Assembly (NCBI GenBank): GCA_973895155.1
Contig: OZ316893.1
Location: 21,967,617 to 22,031,616 of the forward strand
Direction: 5' to 3'
Source of the DNA: Marsupella aquatica
Lineage: Eukaryota > Plantae > Marchantiophyta
Length of the DNA stretch: 64,000 nucleotides
The stretch's first letter is position 1. Every line of letters starts with the position of its first letter. The notes under the pieces are model-generated. The model did no database searches, was not told the DNA's origin, and saw only the letters and a program-made list of their open reading frames with translations. Below are positions 11,541 through 25,128 of the stretch, piece by piece. Made by a program: the position numbers and the translations under genes.

Positions 11541-14500
11541 TATCCAAGTTACCCGCACTTTAATGTGCTCCCTCCAAAAGGCGAATTAAATAATATTGTT
11601 ACTTTCAGAAATTTCAACGAAAGACAGATGACACATCGATCGCTGGAGTAGTCTCTCTGTCAAGCATTTGAACTTAATTTTGTATTTGTCTATCTAGATA
11701 AGCCTCTAGAATGATGAAGCGAGCCAAATACTTGATTAGTTGATTTGGCAACACCTGATTTCCAGGCTGCCAGGTGGCCTTCGACAGAGGGAATTCATTG
11801 CCAAGGAATCGATTTCGGGATGTCTCGTAGATTCCTATGGGTTGTCAGATTTCTATAATGTTAACATTTTGGATGGATCTGGATAATGTTTACTATTCAG
11901 AGTAATGAGGACAAAATCCCCCCGCTAATGATGTTATTGTAGTAGCCGATTATAATTAATCTAACCACGTGCGTAAATAGGCCAACTTAGTACAGTAGCC
12001 CATATGTAAAACTGAGTATTGTGAAACCATTTTTGAAACTCACTATTCTTGAAGCCCCCTGCACAATGCTTATCCCAAAAAATCGAGTCATAAAGGCTAG
12101 GATGACTTCTCTGCTACAAGTTTTTTTCTTCAAACGCTTGGGATTTTCAAGCATGTATTTTAGCCTGGATGCTACAGAATAAAAGAGCTCCAGCTTCAAC
12201 TCTTCACAAATTATTTAAAATATTTACATGAGCATATTTTCTGTTGGCTTTATAGTTTCAATCTAAATCTTCTAAATTCTATGCAGGTTGTCAAAGTGAA
12301 TCTGAGCATTAACCTAACCTGAGTTATAGCATTTGGGTTTACCCTTCTTTGAAGTTTTCCTTTATAGCTATCTGATTTGTGGTCTGACATTACAAAATTT
12401 GACAACCTGATCACTGATGCCAAAATGCAGGAAGAGTTGACTCGCTGGGACTCGTCAATGAAGCTAGGTTTGTAAACGGTAACTCGTCTGGTGCACCCTC
12501 ATTGTTCCATCACCAGCAGCTTGTGCCATCCGCACCAATCCAACACACAGACCAGAGCTTCAAACAACAAAGCTGTAGCAGCATGGTGCCATCTCGCAAA
12601 AAACAAATCGCAACTCAGAAACTAAAAAAAATGAATGAGTGACCAGCTCCTGGGGGGCTGGTCAGGAGGGGGGGTTTATATCTGAGTTTTGGTCCTCAAA
12701 GTCTTCCTTAAACAGTGGGGAATCAAAAGTTTTCTTCAAGCAGTGGGTTTCTGTTGCACTAGAGAGTACTCAGACACTCACTATTCCTTATTCTTTGTAG
12801 GGCAGAGGTTCTTAGTTCTAAGACTTCTAAACAAATTCCTTTCCAGGACCCTTCTATGCAGAGCACTCCCAAGCTCTCCGCTATTCAGTCAGCTGCGCAG
12901 TAAAGCTCTACTGTAGTTCTTTTGTCGTTGATGAAAGCTCTTGGGCTTTTTGCCTCTTCAGCCTTCTGGGGTGTTTGTCCCCATTTGGAACTCTTTTTCT
13001 TTCTTTTGATTGTACTTTGTTTTTCCCTAATTTATAAAATTTGTTGGAAGATTTCAACCCTTCTGGGGTTTTTCCAGATTTCTCCCGTTTATTGGGTCTC
13101 GTTCTTGTTGTTAGGCATTTTTGTCTTTTGATGGCATGCTATACATCTTCTCTTTCACTGACTGGGAAACCAAGGTCAGTACTATCAGTTGTCTATAGAG
13201 TGCCATTGAGACCTGGACCAATCATGGTGTCTGGCCTACCACTTTTGACCACCCACTAGCTCTAATAAATCAAACAGTTTAGGATTAAAAATATTTGGGC
13301 TTTCCTACAAAGGAAAATTTATTTGATTAAGATTAACATTTCAAGTGTATCATTTCATCCAAAGCCTCAATTTCACTCTATGGTTGAATAATCAAAATTT
13401 AAAATTGAATTTAAAGCAACGAATATGATTTACGTTTTTCTGTGGAGATATCTGAACATATTAAATCTGAAGTCTCTTTTCTGGGTCCATGGGGCTCACT
13501 TTCATAAGCCCCAATGGGATCTCTAGTAGGAACCTTTGCACTGGGATGGGATTTCAAAGTATTCTTTGCATAGATATTAAGGAATTCACTATAGATTCAT
13601 GTTAAAATATACATTTCTATTGCAAGTTTAAGAATGCCGAAAAAGTCTGCGAATCAAGCTTTGGGATGAAAATCCCATGCAACCGTTTGAACCCTCTAGT
13701 GTAGTTTTCGACGTGGAATACTTTTCGCAGTCTCGTAAATTAAAACCTGAGTAAACGTAAAGCCATAACCCAAAATGTGGACACAAATGTTGTGGATTAG
13801 GTAACAACCGTGCGTCAAACCACGTGACTTGCTGCACGGTTACCTTCTTGGTCCCCATGACCCTCGGTTGAACCTGGGTGATAGATCCCTTCTTGTCTCG
13901 AAGGGCTATGATGAACAAGCGACACCGGCCCGCGACAGCCGGCGATCGATCACCGGCGCGAGGCCGCATCGCGCACCCTGCTGGGCCGGCGCCGATCGTT
14001 CGTCCCATCCGACGGCTCAGATGGCGCGGCGGCCACATCTAACGGCCAGAAATGGGACGCCTCTTCCATAACCCGACGGAATGCGTAGCACCAAAGCAAG
14101 AGATCTGCGGGTCGGTCCCCGCGCAAGCTAGCCACGGTGTCTCCAGTAATTTGCCGGTAAGCTCCACTAAACTCCGTTACTGGGAGTACCATCGACGGTT
14201 ACAATGTGCTGTTGGCGGCTAACTCGAGATCGTGATCGTAGATCTAGATTGGCCTGGATAACAGCGAGAGGGTAAACTTGGGTGGCGGGGGGCCTGATTC
14301 TGGCGGGCTCTTTGAAATTGATTTAGCTTCGGCTAGACCGACGTGACCGGTCGGTCGCTTGCTCCCGGTCTCCCGGTGACCCCACTTACTCTACAGTGGT
14401 CGAGAGGAGGACTTGTGGCTCAGGCAGATCGGCCTCTCTTTCAATCCATGTGCCTGCCTCTGAACGAGAGGAACAGAGGATTGAAAAGATGGTGATGTAG

Positions 14501-14928
14501 GTGCGCGATTTGCGATTCTGAAGTGGGTTCTCATCTCGTTGAAATCAGCGTAAGCTGTAGGCAATTGGACAGTCGTTCGACCAACGGAGTACTTCGCCTT
14601 GCTGTGAAGAAAGCAGCGGAAAAGCGAGGTTGAGGAGGATGTAGGAGAGGGATTCGTGTTGTTGCGGGGGGAGCTCACGGAAATTTTTGTCCGTCTTCGA
14701 GGAGATTGGTGAGGAGAGGAGGGAAAACGGCGATTGATAGTCTTTTCGATTCCGACGTTGGCGGACGTGGTTGACGAAATCTTGGTTGGCCGCCGTGGTG
14801 ATGGTGTGTGGGGACTGTCTTACTGGGAGCAGCATTGTGTCGGGGGCTCTTGTTTAGGCTTTGTGATTGATCAACTAGGAGCGGTGCTTGGTTGTGGACT
14901 TGGAGTTCAGGAGTTGGCATTTTGAAAG

Positions 14929-16019
14929 GTAGTCACTGTTGATGTAGATAGATTTATGGTGGATCCGTGGTACCTAGTGTGGCTTTCGGTGTTCCGCTGA
15001 ATTTTGAGCATCAGACGTGGTGGGAAGTTTGTGAGGAGGCAAGACATTTCCGCGTTTGGACGCGATTAGTTTGGTCATCGATTGATTGAGCCGCGATTGT
15101 GAATAGGAGTGGGGAGCAAGAGTGGAGCTCACGATTGTTATTCAGTTACTCTTGCACGCGAATCCTCAAGATCAGCCGGTTTTTGATTCGATTTCGCTCA
15201 ATTAGTTTTCCGACGTTCGAGGGCAGAGTCGGTGGGAGGATCGTGGCGTATGCGGTGAAAGTATTGCTGGAGCAGTTATCTTTAGAGTTTTACGCCAGGA
15301 CACCTTCCTGTTTCTGCCCGTGTATCGGTGTTGGTGTTCTTTCGGTTGTTGGGGAGGTCGTCTGATTTTTCATTTTTCATTTTTCATTTGGCATTTGCAC
15401 CTATTGGCATAACCGATCGTTGACGCTGCCGAGTTGTCGAGTCTAATCTCACCGCGCTTAATTCCGTGGCCTCATTACAACACGTCGGTAGTCATCACGT
15501 CGAGTCACCGATTGGTTCACAGAAAATAAATTTCTTTGTACATGTGCGGAGGAGGAGACCGATTCGAGGCATAGCTACGTTCGATTCCATCTCTAGCGCG
15601 TATATTTCTCTGCCGGAGTCTACTGGAAAGGCGGTGAGAAAGCTACAGCGCGCAGAAGATTGACCAACACTGATTTTGACCAACCCTGATATCGTCGACG
15701 CGGCGTTAGGTTAATTGTTTATGCTGTGGGAAGAAGAGGACGGGTATTGTTCTTATCAACGTCAACTTTCTATCAACTTCCCCGTAGGCCGCAGTTTGAC
15801 TATCTGTGTCTACAACTGCAAGTTTTCGTGAAGAGGAGCAGAGCAGTTCGTCATTTCAACTTCGCCTGGTGTATCATCGTGCTGCTGCTTTTTGGATGTG
15901 CCCCACTAAAGGCAAGAAAGGTGCGCGCGTGAGCTGAAAGGACACGGGCCAACCTTAAGTCGGGCTGTGCCAGATCGACACATAGGAATCTCCATCTTGT
16001 CCAGTTTGTCTTCACATAG
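14929..16019 (+). other. Probable 5'-UTR intron of the START gene
   Basis: AAG|GTAGTC donor at 14929 follows a GA-rich leader; TTCACATAG acceptor ends at 16019, 13 nt before the ATG. Inferred without transcript data. Confidence 0.5.
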
Positions 16020-16032
16020 GTTGAGGTTGAGG

Positions 16033-19000
16033 ATGGACAACCATTTTATCAACGACTCGAAGGGCAAAGATTATGCGTATGCTAATATGTTCTCGAAGCC
16101 AGCGGTGTTGGAGACCTGCGCTGATTTGATGACGACGATGGTACCGATTTGGATGGCAATAGCGATCGGTCTCATCGTGGGCTGGTCATGGAAACCAAGA
16201 TGGGTTAGCTTTTTCGTGCTGGGAATGAGGACCCGGCCACGTCTCGTTTGGAGTACACCGCCAGGATTCGGAGCTCGCCGTATATGGCTCGCCTTGACTG
16301 CCATCACGGCTTTCCCGTTTCTGAAGGAGGTTTGGACCAGTTTCTACAACTGGATGTGGCCCGACACGATTTTGCAGGACGATGATGTCCGACGTGAAGA
16401 AACAAGGTCAGTCTTGTACCGCTGGCCAGGGTCCAATTAGTTCACATGCTCTGTATTTTCCCCTCCACAAGCTTATCAGAGATCTGGGCGAATGACTGAG
16501 ACCAAGCGCGGAAGATATCTTGTCATTAATTTATTACCACTAGCCTGTACGGGTTGCCTATGACTTTTTTTCACGGTAGTGCATAGGAACGTAGCTCGTC
16601 CAATCGGCACAATTCTAGAACTCGGTTAGATAAGTTACCCACTGAAGTGGATGTGTGGAAATTGCTTACTGTTTCAGACCCTGATTGGTGTGTATGCAAT
16701 TAATTTTGTTTTGACAATTCCTCAGTTACTGCGACAGCTGAAGAAGACGTGTGGTGAATTTGGCACGAGACCTTGAAATTTTCTGACACTTGAGCTTTGG
16801 GTTTGTCAGTGATATCAGAAGTGCCAACGACTGGGCGCTGAAGGACGAGGACCTGGTCGGTTTCTGTAAGAAGGTGGAGGGTCAAGATGGAGGCGCGGAG
16901 TGGTATCCCCTGATGAATAGATCGACAGGTGGGATGGTCTACCAAGCGTGGCGCCGAGAACCCACGGTAAATACTGCCGTTCCTTCTCCCCGAAGAACAT
17001 GTATGCCGGCTTCCGTCGGTCGATAAGAACTTGGGACGACGAACTTCATCGAGTCAATCTCTTCTGATTGTAGGTGCCGAATAAGTGTTCATGGAAAATA
17101 AAAGCAGAGGATGAATGAGGGGTCTTATTCTTTATTTCCGCGTTTATGGTCTGGCTTTCCTTCAAAAATCTAAATGTTGTAAGGGGCCCTTGTAGTTGTA
17201 ACGAGGTGATTAGTTATCCAGAAATGGATCCTGGAGCCCGTGGCGGTGATGTGCCTTGCCTTTAAGTACTTACTATAGGTTTGTATCATTCACTGCGTTT
17301 TGTACAGGACGGTGCAGGACCTGGTGAATACAAGAGTCGTACAGTGTTTGAAAATGTATCGGCTGAAGAGATGCGAGACTTTTTCTGGGATGACGATTTT
17401 CGACAGGAGTGGGATGACATGTTGATATCTTCAAAGACTTGGGAGGAATGTCCGCGGACGGGTGCCATGGTTGTACAATGGGTCCGAAAGGTTGCTCTCA
17501 CATCTTTCATTGTCCATCTTTCATTCATTCATCCATCCATGTAGTTTTCTGTCCCAAATCTTTCATTCATTCACTCTGTTCTCATGCATTCCCCTCTCAT
17601 CGATTCTTCTCTCCCTCAATTATTAACTTGTTCTCGTTCATTCTCCCTGCAACTAATTATAAAGTGAGAATTATATAGTACATTGCGTTTCCAGGTCTCA
17701 CAGATGACAGGAAGCTAGCCTGGCTCGGCTTGTCATTACTGGGACTGGGAAGTGGCCCAGCACTTTAAGATAATGTAGACTCCCATTGCCGTGTTGTCTT
17801 ATCCCGCCAAGATTTGTGTTCGATCGTGCTAAGTTGTCATCGTCATCCTGGAGCGGAGCATGCACGGGTCTCTAGGATTTCCCCTTTTATTTTCTAAGGC
17901 CACGTTCCTCGGTTCTCGTTCAATACTGATGTGCATTCCATACGTCTGCTGCATGCAGTTTCCAGTCTTCTGTAAGGATCGAGAGTATACGATCAGTCGC
18001 AGAATTTGGGCGGCTGGCACCTCGTATTATTGCCTGACTCAGGTATGTTCCGTTACGTTGGAGCAGGGATGATTGGGGATGTTTGGGACCTGTTTCATCT
18101 TTGGCCTGTTTTTTGAGTCACCACTGTAGTAGAGAATCTCAAATGAGATTCATGTGCATCAACTTTGCGATCGTTCATTTGGTCTTCGTCATGGGTTTCG
18201 CTAGAGTCGATCCAACTCTGGCTTTCTTTTTGTTTATTGGACTTGAACATGCTTCTGATTCTGTACATCTGTGTTTGCTTTTCATATGTGAATCAACATT
18301 TGTTTCTGGTTACCTTCCACTTCAATTCGAGGCCTAACTTTCCCGCCCAATCAGACTGGTCATCGCAATGTCTGAGCTTGGTGCAAGAAAGAATAATGTG
18401 CTACAGAGCCAGTAGTTGAACCTTGTGCAAGATGTACATTGAGGAAGTTGTCCTTGCTGCAATGGTTGGAGAATGTAAACAGATTTGCATTTCTTATTGC
18501 AGGCAGTAAATTATCCGAAAATACCAAGACAGGCTGCGCCAAGGAGGGTGGATAATTATTTCTCTAGCTGGTGCATCCGCCCAGGTACCCATCAAGTTCA
18601 TCAGTCTCATAACCTTATCTTTTTTGTTCTGGAGACTCTGGATTGGATTTGGTGGATTCTAAAACCTACTTATGTGTGTGGCATTAGGCTCTGTGGCGTG
18701 TGACGATCATGGGAGGATTGTGGGGGGATTCGCATTTGCTTATGCAGAGATAGTATTGTGAAGTATTTTGGTGTATTGTATTGAAAGGTGTGATGGGAAT
18801 AAATCCTCTTTGGAGAGGATTTAGTTTCCGAAAGCAAAATGCCATGTGAGTCTTGCTTTTGAAGCTCCAGACGGATCTGTGGCGAAATTGTGAACACAGG
18901 TCTCCATGAGAAATTGTCAACATAGTTCTCCCTCATGGAGACCTGTGTTCGCAATTTGGTTCTCCATGAGGGAGACCTGTGCTGACTCACAACGGACAGT

Positions 19001-19498
19001 GATGTACAATTGCTGAGTTGCTAATTGTGCCGTCGGTTTGTTTCGACAGTGGAAGCAGTCAACGGAAATCTCACCAGTTGTGAAGTTATGCTTTTCCATA
19101 ACGAAGACATGGGGATACAGCGGGATCTTGCGAAACTTGGAATCAGGCAAGGCATGTGGGGATGTGTCAAGAAGATGGAACCTGGAATCAAGTTGTACCA
19201 GGCGAAACGGAAGCAGGGCACGGTCCTGTCGAAGAGTGCATTGTTTGCCAATGTTTATACCAAAGTTCCTTCCAATTTTGTTGAAACGTTGATATCACCT
19301 CCTTCTGAGCGTGATGACATAGCAATCGTACAATTACCAGAGCAGTCATCGAAATCTAGCTACATGCGGTGGCTTGTTGTAGGAGGAGCCGTTGCTTTGG
19401 CTTGTGGTGTTGATAAAGGAGCTGTTGGCAAAGTCCTTATTTTCGGAATGGCGCGGCGGTTTGGAAAAATTAGTCAGAGAAGGCGACGTGTAAGATAA
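16033..19498 (+). CDS. START/SRPBCC lipid-binding domain membrane protein (At4g14500/At3g23080-like). Exons 16033-16406, 16810-16966, 17308-17490, 17959-18042, 18503-18584, 19050-19498
   Basis: N-terminal VPIWMAIAIGLIVGWSWKPRW...STPPGFGARRIWLALTA. START motifs YQAWRREP, YKSRTVFE..RDFFWDDDFRQEWDDML, WVRKFPVFCKDREYTISRRIW, PRRVDNYFSSWCIR, CEVMLFHNEDMGIQRDLAKLGIRQGMWGCVKKME. C-terminal hydrophobic WLVVGGAVALACG. All introns are GT-AG and the phases join in frame. Confidence 0.93.
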
Positions 19499-21096
19499 TA
19501 GGTGTTACAGGCATTAAGCGTGTAGTACAGAGTGAGTTTGAAACATAATTAGGCACAACCCAGTTCAAGTAGGGTTTTAAACGGGTTTGAAACCCCCCTG
19601 ATTGGAAAAATTGTACTTGTAGTATTGGTCTGATTCATGCCAGTTTGGCCTCGTGTGTTTGACAGTGTTCCATTGTATCTCGTAGCAGTTGGTGGGATTT
19701 CAGGAAGACAGTGATTGGTTGTCATATATTTGGGCTTCACATTCCTGGTAATCACCAGTGGACGGGAGAATTTTAGTCATGAGAATTTTGTAACAGTTTG
19801 AATAGCATATCAAATCATTTCGTACTCATCTTTTCGCCCTCTTTTCACGATTCTCTCCTGCTTGAATGGCGACCATTGTATCAGTTTGTACAAAGTCCGA
19901 GTCTTGGCCCTGTGTCTGCCTTTCGATCTAAACGGTTGTATCTATAGGTCACGATGACTACAGATCACAGTTCATTGAAGCTACTCATTACGTGAATGGC
20001 CTTTAGTTTGATCTCTGGTGCTTCTGTACTCCTTCTATGATGACTACCGTGTCCAAACATTATCGGTGCCCGGCCTGCGCGTTAAGTTTGATAATCAGGA
20101 CCCCGCTATGGCAGGTGCCTTTCCAGTTAGACTTGCTTATATTGTTACGCATGACACTGCTGGGGCGCTTTGTCGTTGGCTTGAGATACTCGTAACAAAA
20201 CCGTCATAGATGCTGTTCCAATTGCTGTGAGCGCATTGAAGGCCATCAAGCCCGAGCAATTTGTCTCGGGGTCATCCTTATCTGCAATATTTCCATCACA
20301 AGAATGGATATAGTCAATACAAGGTCCAGTTTGGGTTACCCTTGCAATGCAGTGTAGCTGCCATCGCTCTACCAAAAACTGCTTTAGGTCCCATTGCTTC
20401 CTTCTTTAGGTCCAATTGCTTCCCAAAGCCTGCCCAGAATTGCAAAACCATCAGCATCAACGAAACACCCGCGTGTGGCCGCTGTGAATCCATTCCCATT
20501 TCTCCTTGTCTGATGGCTGGATGTGCGTCTTTATTGCAGTTTCGCTCTTCAACTGGCGAAGGAGCTGATGCAAATATAGGCAACATGCTCTCCCCCAAAC
20601 ACGGAACGTAGGGACTAATGGTCGTAACAACTAACTTCAGATAACCCTTCCCAGAAATTAAAAGCGAACTACATTGAAGACAGTGCCATTTAAGCAATCT
20701 GCAGATCAATATAACTACTAAAACCGCAGCCAGTTTTGTATGGTTTGAGTTGTTTCACCAAAAACCAGGGGCCGAAAACTTAGTGGATGCTAACCTCTAG
20801 TTTTCAAAAGATAGGAGCAAGTTTATAAAAATTATAAAAATGTTCCCATTCCAAGGAAAAGATAGGAGCAAGTAACAGTGATGTAGTGAGTACCCAGGAA
20901 CCCAATTGCGTTGGTGCCTACTAGCCAGATTAGTGATGCCTACTAGCCTGATTACCCTTCCTTGAACCTAAACAAAGATGAGGAGAGAAAAACCTTGCAA
21001 CAAAAGGATTGTATGCTATTTTTTGTTTTTCTTTGCCCTTCCTTGTGTTTTGTCTGCACCACCACTTTCAATTATGTACTCAACTAGCATCGCAAT

Positions 21097-21326
21097 CTAG
21101 AGGCTTCACTCTAGACAATAGGCCCAAAGAGTAGCTTTCTGATTGTGCTTTATAAGGTAGATGGAAGAGACTTGGTTCAGAGGCTTCACACTAGACAATA
21201 GGCCTAACGAGTAGCTTCTGCTTGCAATTTATTAGTTAGATATCGGCGGCTAGCCCCACACTAGACAATAGGCCTAAAGAGTAGCTTTTGCTTGCAATTT
21301 ATTAAATAGATATCAGGGGCTCGCCC
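21097..21326. repeat. Degenerate tandem repeat, 3 units of 70-80 bp
   Basis: CTAGACAATAGGCCYAAMGAGTAGCTT starts at 21111, 21191 and 21261, and the intervening sequences are also related. Confidence 0.8.
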
Positions 21327-21559
21327 GGTCAGGGAGGAGTTTCCATCTCTTTGTGGCTTGTTGCTCGGTTTGCTGCTTGTCTGTGGTAGTTTGAAGAGCA
21401 TAATTACTGGGAAACAGCTTCCACGTATGTTATCCATTATATCCGGCATAGGCTCTTTACTATCACCCCTTGAATTACCAAACAGATCAGTACTAGAAAC
21501 CAAACATGCCATTATATCTGTCAATCGGACATTTTGTCCCCTTCTCTAAATTTGATCAT

Positions 21560-23141
21560 CTGAATCAAGTAGATCTTCACAGTCCAATTGGACCACTGAT
21601 AGACACACAAGTGTATTTACTGAGCGTCGAAGAGATTTTGCTGATTGTGCTTTCCAGCTGTAGAGTGAGTGCCACGGGTACGCGCATCCTCCTTTGTTTG
21701 AATTATTTTCTCACCATGCGCGCCACCCTCTATTCTCAACGGGTTTGCAGCGCATTGGATTGTATAATGCTCAACTCTGAGCAGTGAATCAAGCAAAAAG
21801 AAATCATTATTCATTCTATCTGAATCTATTTGTGTGTACACGCCAGCTATCTCTTTGTTCACATCTAGTGCTCATTTGTGCTTTAGCTCGCATAGTTGAT
21901 AATATCCGGCATAGGCTCTCTACCATCACCCCTTGAATTACCAAATAGATCAAACAAAAAAGATATGCCTGCACATAGAAAGACACAGAAATTGCCCAAA
22001 TTGCCAAAGAAAGAGAATGAACGAAGACACTTGTTACATAAATCTTTATTTACCATGAGTGATCTTTAAAACGTTTCTCCTGTACAGGGAAAACTGTACA
22101 GAGCAAAGCAAAAATGAAGTTCAAATAGTTTCTCAGCAGCTCGCATAGGCGCATCGATCACTACACAAAAGACAGGGAAACTTCTTCCCTCTACTCTGCC
22201 ACAAAACAGCCCTTGGGTCTAAATTTCATGGTTAGACTAGTACGATCTGGTTTCACGTCACACACCCCGGAATCCGAGGCCGGCCAGATGGAAAGAGGAC
22301 TGCAGACCAAGACACTGAATGAAATGTCATAAACATATGTTCATGATGTGTGAGATCGAGATCCATTTAGATCTGGGCTGAATAATTGACTCCTACAACA
22401 GGATTAGCATAAATTAATATATCCCCAAGAAATGATCGAAACCTCGGGTTTAATTGAGACTAGCTATATGCTTGGCTAGATCCATAGAGACTAAGAACGA
22501 CGCACAGCTAGGGCTAGGCGCAGAGTGAAAATAGGGGTTCTCTTTAGTGTAGATTGCTAAGAGGGAACAAGGAAACTCTGTGAGAGAATTTTCAGACGGT
22601 CTGAATTAATTAATGGATTCTATTTACAAGAAGTCCAGATTTTTATGCGCTGGTAGTATGACTGTGAACGCTCCGGGAACGGTATTTTATTCGTGCATTA
22701 TAATGATTTCCAAGCTGCTGTCTCAGTTACCCTTGCTGTATCTTCGATCTGCTGGTTCTTATGTAGTCAGTTAGATACTTGGTTCATCCCGCAGGTATCA
22801 GACCTCGATCTCCAGAATGCACACACTCTTCCGCAGGATTCCGAGAGGCTGGAGCCTATTGCAGCCCTATATATATATATATTTATATATTTCGACAGGT
22901 TTGTGTTAGGCAGGTTTTATCTAGCCACCATACTTTATTGCAAACTAGCTTATTGGCTTTCAATAAAGAAATATATTCCTGCCACACCTCATTACTTATA
23001 TATTTAAAGTGCTGTTCCAAGGAAGCATTTGGTTAATATTTGATTACACATGATGACATGATGAGGTTGTTTTGAATAGCATCGATGTTATATTTTACAT
23101 CTTCAACGAGTCATTAACGAATACGAATCTCTGATCAAGCA
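21560..23141 (+). pseudogene. CUL1: Degenerate CULLIN1 5'/middle exon remnants, ending at a deletion junction with the 3' flank of F-box copy 1
   Basis: The exon at about 22795-22898 reads VSDL(+4 bp)SRMHTLFRRIPRG/LEPIAAL..FRQ|GT, similar to the CUL1 exon VDDLSRMYRL...GLEPVANIFKQ. The truncated next exon (VINEYESLIK) ends at about 23141. 21560-21900 is paralogous to 56520-56930. Confidence 0.7.
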
Positions 23142-23564
23142 TTAGGCCGGCGCATGTCCCCCTCAGATAACTTCCCAAAAAACGTAAACATGCCGGCAGA
23201 AGGCGTTACTAAGGCACTGGCGGGTGTTGTTTTCGACATTTAAATCAGCATCTTAGTCTGTAGAGTTCCTCTTTCCATCGGGTTGGCCTCCGATTAGTGA
23301 TAGACGCACCTATGCGTGCTGTTGAGAAACAATTTGAATCCTAGCTTGGCACCTGAGGTACTAATGTTTAATTTTCATCCGTTCTACAAACAAACAAAAG
23401 ATGTTTCCATATGATCGATTGATCCTTGACACTGGAAGAAAAGAGCCGTCTCGGAAGATCAAACAAAAGTGTTCAATTTATTGGGAAATGAGGCATGCCA
23501 AAATATATATATCAATTGGTGAGGCAATGATGTATTCCACCATATATGCGCGCGTTGCTCAAAG

Positions 23565-24809
23565 TTAAATTGAACAGAGCAACTGATAGGTTACACTGTG
23601 TCCAGGCACTGCCTTGGGACTTAGAGGAGGCCATTCTACTATCATCTCCCGGTTGATCTGTTTGTTGTTCTGACCAAACCCTTTTGTATGTAGCAGGTGT
23701 TCTTCAGAATTCAAGAAACTATAATCTGTTCTTACTATTGCTAAAAGCTCCTTTGCCACAGAAAGGACGCTTCTAACATTGTGCCCATGTTGCAACCGTC
23801 CTTGATTATTAGTAAAGGAACAGGATTGAACAAGTGACCATGACTGATTTTGTGTATTATACATATAAACGCTAATAGGAGTCATATGATAGAAATTTCC
23901 TTGGACAGCGAAGGATGCTCCAAAATCGCCTCCCACACGAAAGTCAATCCCCAAAGGCTCCATCAACCTCCACTCATCCTTGCCAGGGTGATAGATCTTC
24001 ACAGACTTGAGCGGATTCTCAAGGATATTGTGAATCTGGTTTGGATCATCAATTTCTCTATCAGTGGAGTCACGAATGATCGAGCCCTGGACAAAAAGCT
24101 CCTCCCCAACTGTCACAACCTGATGAAAAGCATGGAATTTCGATACCATGGGCTTTGTGGGAGACCAGCAATCAGCTTTAGGGTCATAAACTTCTGCTCC
24201 GCATATAAGTTTACAATTGGACGCACCCCCAAAAACATAAATCTTCCCATTCATGACACCAGCACCAAAATCTTGTCTTGCTTCTCCCATTTGTGCACAT
24301 TCCTTCCATTTCTTTGCTTCTACCAAATCCATCATGTATACGTTCCTCCTCCCATGTGATCGGCTCATCTCTCTAACCTCGTGCAGTTTGTTAGAACGTG
24401 CTCCTCCCACAACATATATCTTGCAATCCATTGAGACAACTTGGCAACGATGTGGAAAGCCTTTCCGAATGCCAGGGATTGGAGGAAGTTCGAACCAAGT
24501 TTTATGTATCATGGAGTACAGCCAAATTGTGGTCCTATTGTCAGCAACACCTTTTGCATGTCCATTAAATGTCCGCAGAAAAACAGCAAAACTCTTTTCA
24601 GAGTTACTACGAACTCTCGCATCCTCGACAAGATGACCTCGAATAGCCTTCTCCCAAATACTGCTTGTCAAAGAGAGCTCGGAAATTTCAGAAAGCGACA
24701 GCTGTGGAGTAATCTCGTGCAGGGTGATGTCATTGGGGATGCCTGGTAGCAGTTCTTCCTCTAGGTCCTCGTAGCTCATTGGTGGCGTCAATTGCAACCT
24801 CCCGGCCAT
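23565..24809 (-). CDS. Intronless F-box/Kelch-repeat protein, 414 aa (copy 1, the only intact copy)
   Basis: Degenerate F-box LLPGIPNDITLHEITPQLSLSEISELSLTSSIWEKAI. Kelch blades with GG..Y..W spacing: CKIYVVGG..VYMMDL..KKW, MGEARQDFGAGVMNGKIYVFGG..AEVYDPKADCWS, KIYHPGKDEW. Confidence 0.92.
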   Translation of the reverse strand: MAGRLQLTPPMSYEDLEEELLPGIPNDITLHEITPQLSLSEISELSLTSSIWEKAIRGHLVEDARVRSNSEKSFAVFLRTFNGHAKGVADNRTTIWLYSMIHKTWFELPPIPGIRKGFPHRCQVVSMDCKIYVVGGARSNKLHEVREMSRSHGRRNVYMMDLVEAKKWKECAQMGEARQDFGAGVMNGKIYVFGGASNCKLICGAEVYDPKADCWSPTKPMVSKFHAFHQVVTVGEELFVQGSIIRDSTDREIDDPNQIHNILENPLKSVKIYHPGKDEWRLMEPLGIDFRVGGDFGASFAVQGNFYHMTPISVYMYNTQNQSWSLVQSCSFTNNQGRLQHGHNVRSVLSVAKELLAIVRTDYSFLNSEEHLLHTKGFGQNNKQINREMIVEWPPLSPKAVPGHSVTYQLLCSI

Positions 24810-25091
24810 TGATTACGTACAGCCTTCCCACTGCCCCCGCCCGACCACTGCTTGGGTTTGCACAAGAAAAATACTCAGAAATCCAGATTACACCTAGCTA
24901 TAACGAGAATGCCTTAGCTAGAAGCCCGAGGAGTTGATGGTTAGCTCGCTTCAACTTGTGAGGACTCTAAACATAATTCAGGACTAGAGGACAGCAAGGG
25001 ATCGATGTTGCTTGCGCCAGGTGGGTAACTCGTCTACACGGAGCACTGCGACTGATGATCGAATGAACATTGTTCAACTAGTAGAAGCCCC

Positions 25092-25128
25092 TTATATACC
25101 GGATGCTACAGCAGGATCAAGCACGTGA
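25092..25128 (-). promoter_or_regulatory. Putative core promoter of the F-box/Kelch gene (CACGTG G-box + TATATAA)
   Basis: CACGTG lies about 25 bp upstream of GGTATATAAGGGGC, about 285 bp before the ATG. The TATA motif is conserved in the paralogous promoters at about 33345, 39155, 41515, 48210 and 53815; the G-box is mutated to CACTTG in copy 6. Confidence 0.55.

Noticed and set aside
12641-13275. GC hairpin (GACCAGC..GCTGGTC) and a T-rich stretch ending in AATAAA, suggesting a Helitron end or LINE 3' UTR
   Set aside because: There is no CTRR terminus at the expected distance and no coding or TSD support.
20145-20709. ORFs downstream of the START gene (up to 131 aa)
   Set aside because: No identifiable domain or splice structure, and the neighbouring frames contain stops.
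21097-21326. CRISPR-like recurrence of a roughly 27-bp motif
   Set aside because: Only three units, the 'spacers' are related to each other, the context is eukaryotic, and there are no cas genes; it is a tandem repeat.
23850-24749. Antisense ORFs (127-169 aa) conserved across the Kelch copies
   Set aside because: These are shadow frames of the Kelch CDS; their conservation simply reflects recent duplication.
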